Shown: positions 49,376-62,026 of the stretch, piece by piece | How positions within the stretch are numbered: the first letter of the stretch is position 1 | How the letters are laid out: every line of letters starts with the position of its first letter | Program-made: the position numbers and the translations under genes | Notes under the pieces: generated by a model | Seen by the model: only the letters and a program-made list of their open reading frames with translations | What the model was told of the DNA's origin: nothing | The model's database searches: none | Origin: a bacterium | GTDB lineage: Bacteria > JAAXHH01 | Assembly (NCBI GenBank): GCA_965203885.1 | Contig: OZ241920.1 | Coordinates: forward strand, 3,073,476 to 3,137,475 | DNA length: 64,000 nt | Direction: 5' to 3'

Positions 49376-49495
49376 TCCCCCGGCAGCGTCCTACTCTCCC
49401 ACAAGGTCACCCAAGCAGTACCATCGGCGCAAGAGGGCTTAACTACTCTGTTCGGAATGGGAAGAGGTGTTTCCCCTCCGCTATCGCCACCGGAA
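49376..49495 (-). rRNA. rrf: 5S ribosomal RNA
   Basis: Reverse complement aligns to bacterial 5S (e.g. 'ggcagcgtcctactctccc', 'accatcggcgc'); boundaries +/-5 nt. Confidence 0.9.
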
Positions 49496-49546
49496 GAAAT
49501 GGGGTGCAATTACAAGGAATGAGAGAACGACGACGTATCATGGAGC

Positions 49547-52615
<3,069 letters not shown>

Positions 52616-52750
52616 AACAAATGCTACTGTGCTTGAGTGCTCCGATGTTACAACGCCGTTCCCGTCATTCCTATGTAATTGTCAAAGAGCGGGCGCCGTC
52701 TTCGTCGTGCTGGCCGTACCGGTCGTACTGGTCCTGCCGACGGTGCCCCA

Positions 52751-52826
52751 GTGGAGATAACCGGGATCGAACCGGTGACCTCCGGCTTGCAAAGCCGGCG
52801 CTCTCCCAGCTGAGCTATATCCCCGG
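52751..52826 (-). tRNA. tRNA-Ala (anticodon TGC)
   Basis: Reverse complement 'ggggatatagctcagctgggagagcgccggctttgcaagccggaggtcaccggttcgatcccggttatctcca'; anticodon loop cTTTGCAa. Confidence 0.93.
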
Positions 52827-52833
52827 CTTTCGG

Positions 52834-52911
<78 letters not shown>

Positions 52912-52998
52912 CCGTTGCTTCAGGCCCCCCCGCTCCAAAAAACATGACAGCGTGCACGCCGTTCGCCGGACAAGTCGACCTCGAGTTGCGATAACTCT

Positions 52999-54555
<1,557 letters not shown>

Positions 54556-54869
54556 ATAAAAGAAAAGTCCAATCTTGAATTGCATCTGTGTGAACCCCCC
54601 GGACGGATCCGGAGAGCCCTTGCCAGACGACTAGGACATGCACGCTGCCATGTTTTCAAAGAGCGTAATCTTACCGCAACCCGCGCAAGATACACAGCCG
54701 GGTATATGAAGTCAACAGGTTTCTTTATTTTTAATTCCTGTTGACCAAACAGCCGTCGTACAGCGGGATTCGGGCCCGAAACGGGGGTCCGAACCTGGGG
54801 CGGCAAACCGCGTTCCTCGCCGGGATTGCGCGGCCGGTTCGGGCCGATCAGGGGCCCCGCCGGGAGGCG

Positions 54870-55892
54870 CTATCCGGGCACGCTTCCGAGGGGCTCGATC
54901 GACAACAATCCGCTGCCGTTTGCAGGGTGCGAATCGTTGCCCTGTCCGGGGTGCGCGGCGGCCTGGTGCGAGCCGTTCCTGTTCGTCCCGTGTGCCCCGC
55001 CGGATCCCGAAGGCGCCCCGCCGCCGACGCTGTCCGCCTGGTCGGCCGCGTGGTAGGAGCTGCGGACCAGGGGGCCGGACTCCACGTGGGGGATGCCGTA
55101 CGCCTCGCCCGCCTGCTTGAACCGGGCGAATTCGTCCGGGTGATAGTGCTTGCGCACCGGCAGGTGCTTCTTCGTCGGCTGCAGGTACTGACCCACCGTC
55201 AGGATGTCGCTTTTCACCGCGGCCACGTCGCGCATCAGGGCGTGGACGGCTTCGTCCGTCTCGCCGAGCCCCACCATGATGCCCGTCTTCGTCTTCGCGC
55301 CGCGGGCCTTCGCGCGCTCGAGCAGTTCCAGGGACTGGTCGTACCGCGCCTGGGGCCGCACGGTCCGGTACAGGTCCGGCACCGTCTCCAGGTTGTGGTT
55401 CAGCAGGTCGGGACGGGCGTCAAGCACAGTCTGGAGCGCCGCTTCCGATCCCTTGAAATCGGGGATGAGCACTTCCACGCCCACGCCCGGGCACCGGCGG
55501 CGGATGGCCCGGATCGTCTCGGCGAAGATGGGCGCGCCGCCGTCCGCCCGCTCGTCTCGGTTGACCGAGGTGATCACGGCGAACCGCAGGCCCAGCTTCT
55601 CCACGGCGCCGGCCACGCGCTCAGGCTCGTCCCAGTCCAGCCCCTTGTCCGGCCGGCCCGTCTTCACCGCGCAGAACCCGCAGCTGCGCGTGCAGATGTC
55701 GCCCAGGATCATGAAGGTGGCGGTCCGCTGCTCCCAGCATTCCCAGATATTCGGGCACTGGGCGCTCTCGCAGATGGTGTGGAGCCGGTTGTCCCCGACC
55801 AGGCGCTTCAGCTCCCGGAAGTTCGGCCCCTGCTTCAGGCGCACCTTGAGCCACGGGGGCTTGGGCACGTGGGATGTGGTCGATTCGCTCAT
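54870..55892 (-). CDS. lipA: lipoyl synthase with ~50-aa low-complexity C-terminal extension
   Basis: '[13 protein letters not shown]' and 'CTRSCGFC' Fe-S cluster motifs; tail '[39 protein letters not shown]'. Confidence 0.9.
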   Translation of the reverse strand: MSESTTSHVPKPPWLKVRLKQGPNFRELKRLVGDNRLHTICESAQCPNIWECWEQRTATFMILGDICTRSCGFCAVKTGRPDKGLDWDEPERVAGAVEKLGLRFAVITSVNRDERADGGAPIFAETIRAIRRRCPGVGVEVLIPDFKGSEAALQTVLDARPDLLNHNLETVPDLYRTVRPQARYDQSLELLERAKARGAKTKTGIMVGLGETDEAVHALMRDVAAVKSDILTVGQYLQPTKKHLPVRKHYHPDEFARFKQAGEAYGIPHVESGPLVRSSYHAADQADSVGGGAPSGSGGAHGTNRNGSHQAAAHPGQGNDSHPANGSGLLSIEPLGSVPG

Positions 55893-56171
55893 GTTACCTT
55901 AACGGGTTCCGGCGATGCACGTACTCAATAGGCACCGCGAGACGATGCTTGCGGTTTGGAGCCAATGGTTCGGCGACGGGGCCAGCTTGAAATCCGGTTG
56001 GCCGGCATCACGCCTGCGCGGCCGGCATCCTGCCGCCATCAGGAACAAAAAGCGACCCTCCGGCAACGGGAACAGTGGTTCCGCGCCGGAGCGGCCGCCA
56101 TGGTTGTCAGGTTCTCTGCTTGCTCTTTGTTGTCCGGGTTACGGTCGAGGCCCGACCGGTTGTTTCGAGCC

Positions 56172-56666
56172 TCATCCAGGCTTCATTTCGGGCGCGCCGT
56201 CGTCCCCCGGCGAAATGACCACGGCCTCCTCGCCGAGATGGCCCGCGATGGTCTGCGACAACTCGTTCAGGTCGGTCCGGCAGAAACCCGTGTTGCTGTC
56301 CAGGATCCCGCCGCTGTCATCCATGAGGAACCACGTCGGCACGTTCGTCAGTCCGAAATCCGAGGAGGCCCAGTGGGTGGCGTCGTACACGTTCTCGAAG
56401 GTCGCGCCGTGCTCTTCCATGAACGCCCGCGTGTCCTCCGGCGTGTCCTGCGAGACGCCCACTACCCGGAATCCACCGTTGCCGCCGTAGGCCTGGTGGA
56501 TCTTCTCGAAATAGGGGGCGCTGAACTTGCAGGTCCCGCAGCCCACCTTGTAGAAGACCGCCAGCAGCCAGCCGCCGTCCGCCTGGTCGCCCAGCGACGT
56601 CGACTGTCCGTCCGCGTCTTCCAGCGTGACTTCCGGGGCCGCGACCCCGGCTTCCAGGAACGCCAT
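56172..56666 (-). CDS. thioredoxin-like thiol-disulfide oxidoreductase (TlpA/AhpC-TSA redoxin family)
   Basis: 'FYKVGCGTCKF' CxxC active site in a thioredoxin fold. Confidence 0.7.
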   Translation of the reverse strand: MAFLEAGVAAPEVTLEDADGQSTSLGDQADGGWLLAVFYKVGCGTCKFSAPYFEKIHQAYGGNGGFRVVGVSQDTPEDTRAFMEEHGATFENVYDATHWASSDFGLTNVPTWFLMDDSGGILDSNTGFCRTDLNELSQTIAGHLGEEAVVISPGDDGAPEMKPG

Positions 56667-56999
56667 GAATTACTCCCGTATGGGTTGGGATATGGTATTA
56701 AGAAGTACTCGATTACGACATGCTTAGCAGGTGACAACGATCGTTTTTTGTACGAATGTGCTCTAATACCTATATTAATCGGATACACGAAAAGTGTCAA
56801 CGATCCTGTGGTATCGTAACTGGAACGGATCGCCAAGTTTTGAATGCCCATATCGAGCTATGGAAGCGCTCGTCCGAACCATTAAAGGCTGGGAAGCTAG
56901 CTCAAAACTACCAAGAAACCTCGAATCTCTTTGAAAGATCAATGTTTAGACTATATTACGAATTAAACGGCCAAGGTCTTCTACACGCGGAGTTTAATC

Positions 57000-57209
57000 A
57001 TGGCGAAGCTGCAATCGACGACTTTCCAAACTGAGATTCCCACCGGTCTGGCTTCGCAGGCCCAAAAACTGGTCGAGGCCGGCTGGTTTCGTGATCTCGA
57101 CGAACTCGTCCTGGACGCACTGCGACGTTTTCTGGAGTCCCATCGTGAAGAATTGATGGAAGATTCTATTCGACAAGACCTCGAGTGGGGTCTGACAGGC
57201 GATGAATAA
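57000..57209 (+). CDS. type II antitoxin, UPF0175-like (partner of DUF3368 PIN toxins)
   Basis: 69 aa; 'LVEAGWFRDLDELVLDALRRFLESH' resembles UPF0175 antitoxins; overlaps the downstream PIN gene by 8 bp. Confidence 0.55.
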   Translation: MAKLQSTTFQTEIPTGLASQAQKLVEAGWFRDLDELVLDALRRFLESHREELMEDSIRQDLEWGLTGDE

Positions 57210-57699
57210 ACCGACGCCAAGCGTTGTATGCGATGCCGGTCCCCTGATACATCTCGACGAACTCGACGCACTGTCGTTGTTGAACGATTTCGATCCCGTA
57301 CTTGTGCCCGAACAAGTCGGGCAAGAGGTATCCCATCATCGTCCGGGCGTGCTTGACGATTCCGTCTTGCGCTGTCAACAGGTCGGTGTCGTCATACCCT
57401 CGGATCCATCCTTTCAAATCCTGGCGCAAACCCTATCTCTGGATATCGGTGAACAAGCGGCATTGAAACTGATGCAAGGGCATCCTCAAGCTATCTTCCT
57501 GACGGATGACGCCGCCGCCCGGCTGGCTGCGTTCACCCTCGGCTATCGCGTGCATGGAAGTATTGGTATTCTGGTACGTGCTATTCGACGCCATCAGCTG
57601 TCAAGAGACGAAGTTAAAGAGATACTATGTACGATTCCCCGCAGGTCTACGCTCCACATCCGCCCGGATTTACTTGTGGATATAATCAAAAAGCTGTGA
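57202..57699 (+). CDS. PIN-domain toxin (DUF3368 / PIN_3-like, VapC-type)
   Basis: 'VVCDAGPLIHLDELDAL' N-terminal PIN acidic motif; 'IFLTDDAAARLAAFTLG' second acidic motif; length ~165 aa. Confidence 0.7.
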   Translation: MNKPTPSVVCDAGPLIHLDELDALSLLNDFDPVLVPEQVGQEVSHHRPGVLDDSVLRCQQVGVVIPSDPSFQILAQTLSLDIGEQAALKLMQGHPQAIFLTDDAAARLAAFTLGYRVHGSIGILVRAIRRHQLSRDEVKEILCTIPRRSTLHIRPDLLVDIIKKL

Positions 57700-57870
57700 T
57701 TCGCAGCTTGATGCGTTCTTCTCTCCCAGGCATTCGTCTATCCGTTTGATATCCCGCCAACGGCCTGGTTACTGTCGATCATATCCCTGCGCCATCAACA
57801 GTAAATCGTCGTTCTATTTTTGATCTTTGAGCCCGTTGAGTCGTCTTATTCTACGTAACGATTCGCTTTT

Positions 57871-59775
57871 TTGATCTTGCGCGAGGCTCCAATGACAACC
57901 ACCACACACGACGACACGTATAGCATCCTGCAATGCCTGCAGGGAAACGCCAACGCCTTCGAATCCTTGGTCCGGCGGTATCAGAACGCCGCTTTCGCCG
58001 TGGCGCTGGGCTACCTCCGGGACCGTACGGACGCCGAGGACGTTGTGCAGGATGCTTTTGTCGCGGCCTTCTGCAAGCTGTCGCAACTGAAAGATCCGGC
58101 CGTTTTCGGCAACTGGTTTCACCGTATCGTAGTCAACCGTTGCAAGGAGTGGAGCCGTCGTAACAAGGCGGGTCGTCTGAGCCGAGTCGATCCGGATGCT
58201 GAACACATTCGCGACGAATTCCCCCAAGCGGACCGTATGCATCGGGAATACATCGAGTGTCTAGAGCTATGGGATGAAGTCGAAAAGCTACCCGAACATT
58301 ACCGCCAGGTCGTCACGCTGTACTATTACACCGGTTTTTCACTGAAAGAAATCGCCACGTTTCTCGACATTCCCGAATCCACGGCGAGAGGGCGGCTGTA
58401 TCAATCCCGAATCCGACTGAGAAACGCGTTATCGCCCCAGGAGAAGGAGACCATCGCCATGAGTCAGATCGATGTCACTGAAGATGTCCAGGATGTGGTC
58501 TGCAAGATCGCTAGGGAGGACTTTAAAGAAAAGACCGATATGGGTGACGTGGAAAACATCGTCCTCTATTGCGGCGTCAGCACGGAAGTCGAGATAAAAC
58601 AGGCCGAAGGAGATCAGGTCGTAATCGAAGGCTCGAAGATCGCGTTGGGTCTGACGGAGGACGAAGCGCGAAGTAACCTCAGTGGGTTTCATGTTTCTCA
58701 TGACCAGGTCGACGATTACATGGAAACGGGTCCGCACGACGGAGCGTTGTTTCTCAGCGCCAAGCACTGGTTTCCTGATAACGTCCCGTACACCGAACCT
58801 ATCAGCAAGTACTGGAAACGCGATCTGAAGAACGAAAGCGTACTCGACGATAAGCGGGGCGGTGTCAGAATGGTCGACGCCTTACCGGATTCGAAGCATG
58901 AAATCAATGCGTTCCTGCCGTTGCCGGGACCTGCGGAGAAAGGCCTGGGGAAGTCGATACGGGTCACGGTTCACGCTTCGGATGCGCGACCCATCAGAAT
59001 GACCAGAGATGCCGTGTCAGACAACGTCGAGCGTATATTCCGGTCCATGCAGTCCGATAACACCAGGCTATACGGACCCGCGACGTACTGCCATCTTTCG
59101 GTCGCTGTTCCCGCCGGCGCGAACATCTCGATTTTCAGGTCGGACAAGGTGAATGTCGATGGCCTGGATGGTTCACTGATGGCTTATTCCTGCTCTTCTT
59201 GCAGGGTAAGCGAGATAACGGGGGACGTTTACCTGTTCAACAGCATGTTTTCGGATATAGGAAGCGTGGGCGGCTCGTTGTACCAGCGCATGTACGGGTA
59301 CGGCGGCGATGGAGGCTGCAGCATGGACGGCAACATGCTGCGACGAATTCCCTATCAGCACGAAGGAAAGATCGAAGCGGTCATGGGCGACGTGGATATC
59401 GACGTCGGATGCATGGACTTGAACGCGCTCGACCTCGAGGGCGATATCGCCATTTACAACCGATATGGCAGAACCCGGGTGGCTCAGAGTGGCTACAACA
59501 AAGGGCAGCGGTGCTATGTCCGAAGTGTTTCCGGCGACGTTGACCTGGTCCTGGACAGGAAAAGGGCGAAAGACGTCCGCCTGGTCATGCATACCGTTTG
59601 CGGTGTGGCGAAGTACGGGGAGTTGAAAAAGTTAATGCCCATCATATCATGGGCACACAACGAATACTGGATGACGCTGGCATCAACGTACGACTTCGCA
59701 AATCCAGACATCACGGTCTTAACGGAAAGCGGCACCGTCGACATCATCGTGGCGAAGAACGGCAAGCACAGTTGA
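57871..59775 (+). CDS. ECF-type sigma-70 factor (regions 2 and 4) fused to a ~440-aa C-terminal domain with Toastrack/DUF4097-like 'GDVD(I/L)' repeats; no transmembrane segment evident
   Basis: N-terminal 'ESLVRRYQNAAFAVALGYLRDRTDAEDVVQDAFVAAFCKL' (sigma r2) and 'LPEHYRQVVTLYYYTGFSLKEIATFLDIPESTARGRLYQSRIRL' (r4 HTH). C-terminal 'SGDVDLVL', 'GDVDIDVG', 'GDVYLFN', 'SGTVDIIV' beta-helix-like repeats and Cys-rich segment (SCSSC, GGCSMDG, GCMD). Lower GC than genome. Confidence 0.7.
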   Translation: MILREAPMTTTTHDDTYSILQCLQGNANAFESLVRRYQNAAFAVALGYLRDRTDAEDVVQDAFVAAFCKLSQLKDPAVFGNWFHRIVVNRCKEWSRRNKAGRLSRVDPDAEHIRDEFPQADRMHREYIECLELWDEVEKLPEHYRQVVTLYYYTGFSLKEIATFLDIPESTARGRLYQSRIRLRNALSPQEKETIAMSQIDVTEDVQDVVCKIAREDFKEKTDMGDVENIVLYCGVSTEVEIKQAEGDQVVIEGSKIALGLTEDEARSNLSGFHVSHDQVDDYMETGPHDGALFLSAKHWFPDNVPYTEPISKYWKRDLKNESVLDDKRGGVRMVDALPDSKHEINAFLPLPGPAEKGLGKSIRVTVHASDARPIRMTRDAVSDNVERIFRSMQSDNTRLYGPATYCHLSVAVPAGANISIFRSDKVNVDGLDGSLMAYSCSSCRVSEITGDVYLFNSMFSDIGSVGGSLYQRMYGYGGDGGCSMDGNMLRRIPYQHEGKIEAVMGDVDIDVGCMDLNALDLEGDIAIYNRYGRTRVAQSGYNKGQRCYVRSVSGDVDLVLDRKRAKDVRLVMHTVCGVAKYGELKKLMPIISWAHNEYWMTLASTYDFANPDITVLTESGTVDIIVAKNGKHS

Positions 59776-59823
59776 ATGGCCGGCCGTAGATGAACACACG
59801 ATATTTACTCCTCGCGTCAATCC

Positions 59824-60942
59824 TTACTCCTCGGTGACGGTCTCCTCGGGGACGGCCTCCTCGGTGACAGCCTCCGCGGGGAGGGTTCCTACGCCAAGTG
59901 ATGCGGGACCTTTCCTGAACACGAACGGGAACCGCATGCGCATCTTTACACGCTCACCTTTACGCACTGCCGGCGTCCAGACCATTTTCCGAGCAACGTC
60001 CAGCATCAGAGTGTCCACGGCAACGCGACCTGACGACATTTCGACGAAAGCCGCGACCACGTTGCCAGTAGTACCTACCACGACTTGAACCATTGTGATT
60101 CCATCGAAATTGAGATCAACGACATCGGTGGGCATAGTGGGGTGATAGACAGCCTCTGCTATCGTGTCCACCGTTGTGGTCGTATAGATGCCGGCTTCTT
60201 CGTCGACCTCCAGTTCCGGGAGCCTGGTCGGAGGCGGTTGGACGGCCAAGTCCGGATGGGCTGAAGTAGGCGGTTGGGCGGCCGAGTCCGTTTGGGCTGC
60301 TGAAGACAGTTGGACTTCCGGTTCTGGTTGATCCTCATCGCCTGCGGCGGCAGCAGCCACCATTTTCGAAATCTCCGAGATACGTGCCTCCGCCGAATTG
60401 GTATCGGTGAAATCGACGGGGGACAATTGCAACACATTGCCGGTCCGGTCGATCAATACGCTGTAAGGTGAAGACGGCAGATCAAAGGGCGAATCGACGG
60501 CCAGATACACGGGAAAGCTGTACCTGAATTTCTCCACGATCGGCGTGATCTCCTCGGCCGATTCCGCCTGGAGCACGCCGACAACCGGGACATTGTCCCC
60601 GATCACCGATCCGAATAAAGACATCATGTCGAGGTACATTGGAAATTGCCGCGCCCCAAAAAACAGGAGGAACAAACGCCCCTCACCGAAATTCGGCAGC
60701 TCGGCAGGCTGGCCGTGTTGGTCGACCGCGGGGAAGGGGGCGATAAACGGCGCGCCGAACATCTTTTCCGCCTGGAGCACGCGGATTTCCACCTGGGCGT
60801 TGTATAGCCTGTTCTGCGCATTCTGAAGTTCCCGGATTTGCCGGTCATTGAGCCAGAGGAGGGCGATGCTCAATGCGGCGAGGACCGCGACGGCGACGTA
60901 AAGGTATCGCCGGATGTTGGTACGTGGGGCAGGTGTGGTCAT
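59824..60942 (-). CDS. membrane-anchored TonB C-terminal domain protein with a degenerate (CxxC-less) thioredoxin/TlpA-like central domain and Pro-rich linker
   Basis: N-terminal TM 'YLYVAVAVLAALSIALLWL'; central 'RLFLLFFGARQFPMY...PVYLAVDSPF...SVLIDRTGNV' thioredoxin-like without catalytic cysteines; Pro-rich 'AQPPTSAHPDLAVQPPPTRLPE'; C-terminal 'VVDLNFDGITMVQVVVGTTGNVVAAFVEMSSGRVAVDTLMLDVARKMVWTPAVRKGERV' TonB_C-like. Confidence 0.55.
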   Translation of the reverse strand: MTTPAPRTNIRRYLYVAVAVLAALSIALLWLNDRQIRELQNAQNRLYNAQVEIRVLQAEKMFGAPFIAPFPAVDQHGQPAELPNFGEGRLFLLFFGARQFPMYLDMMSLFGSVIGDNVPVVGVLQAESAEEITPIVEKFRYSFPVYLAVDSPFDLPSSPYSVLIDRTGNVLQLSPVDFTDTNSAEARISEISKMVAAAAAGDEDQPEPEVQLSSAAQTDSAAQPPTSAHPDLAVQPPPTRLPELEVDEEAGIYTTTTVDTIAEAVYHPTMPTDVVDLNFDGITMVQVVVGTTGNVVAAFVEMSSGRVAVDTLMLDVARKMVWTPAVRKGERVKMRMRFPFVFRKGPASLGVGTLPAEAVTEEAVPEETVTEE

Positions 60943-61273
60943 GTCGCTGGTTCCATGGTTAGGGACAATGGTGATGTTTGGGGACAGTTATGATTGGGCA
61001 AATATTACGTAAGGGACAATTGCAGTAAATTGCAATGGTATAGCTTTGCAAACGTCCGGTCAACTGAACTGGTTCCCAAATGCACGACGAATGACGCGCG
61101 AACGGACTGCGCGCGGAAGATTTGGCCTCGAACGACGACGCGCGGCCTGCGTGCGGTCATTCGAATTTCTATTCAATTCAGCATTCCTTCACGTTTCCCG
61201 CACGAGATTTTCTTCCGAAACACGACTATTCCTGAATAACACCGAATCACACACCCGGTTTCAGGCAGGCGTC

Positions 61274-62011
61274 GTGCATCCATCTAAACGAAATACACCC
61301 GATCCCCCGCTGATCCGCTTCCAGGATCTCCGCCGGTCCTTCCCGATGGGCGGGGAGCGCATTACCGCGCTCAGGGGCGTCTCCGCGGTCATTCGCCTGG
61401 GCGAATACGTGGCCGTGATGGGGCAGTCCGGGTCCGGAAAGTCCACCCTTATGAACATCCTGGGCTGCATGGACAGGCCGACGGCGGGCCGCTACGAACT
61501 CGACGGGAGGCCGGTGGAAGCCCTGTCGGAAGACGAGCAGGCCATGATCCGCAACCGGAAGATCGGGTTCGTGTTCCAGGCCTTCAACCTGCTTCCGAGA
61601 ATGGATGCCCTGCGCAACGTGGAGCTGCCGCTGCTCTACCGCGGAATGGACGGAAAGGAGCGGCGAGGTCGCGCCATGGAAGCCCTGGAATCGGTGGGCG
61701 TCGGCGACCGGACCCGCCACAGGCCCAACGAGATGTCGGGCGGTCAACGGCAGCGCGTGGCCATCGCCCGCGCGCTGGTGGGCGAGCCTTCCATCATTCT
61801 GGCGGACGAGCCCACGGGGAACCTGGACAGCGGGACCGGTGAGGAGATCATGGCCCTTTTCGACCGTCTGAACGGGGAAGGCCATACGATCGTGCTGGTG
61901 ACCCACGAAGCGCACGTGGCCCGGCACTGCAGGCGGATCGTCCGTCTGCGCGACGGGCGGATCGAGATGGACCGTTGGATATCGCGGCCGCCGAGCGCGA
62001 TGGCCGGATGA
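61274..62011 (+). CDS. ABC transporter ATP-binding protein (LolD/MacB/FtsE-like), probable GTG start
   Basis: 'GQSGSGKSTLMNILG' Walker A, 'MSGGQRQRVAIARAL' signature, 'ILADEPTGNLD' Walker B; no ATG upstream of Walker A in frame, GTG at 61274. Confidence 0.8.
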   Translation: MHPSKRNTPDPPLIRFQDLRRSFPMGGERITALRGVSAVIRLGEYVAVMGQSGSGKSTLMNILGCMDRPTAGRYELDGRPVEALSEDEQAMIRNRKIGFVFQAFNLLPRMDALRNVELPLLYRGMDGKERRGRAMEALESVGVGDRTRHRPNEMSGGQRQRVAIARALVGEPSIILADEPTGNLDSGTGEEIMALFDRLNGEGHTIVLVTHEAHVARHCRRIVRLRDGRIEMDRWISRPPSAMAG

Positions 62012-62026
62012 GGGGAATAGCGACGC

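Noticed and set aside
56756-57034. 92-aa plus-strand ORF upstream of the antitoxin
   Set aside because: Overlaps the antitoxin start, lies in an AT-rich promoter-like stretch, and has no recognisable features; more likely a leader/UTR.
57814-58242. 142-aa minus-strand ORF
   Set aside because: Antisense to the well-supported ECF sigma region-2 coding sequence.
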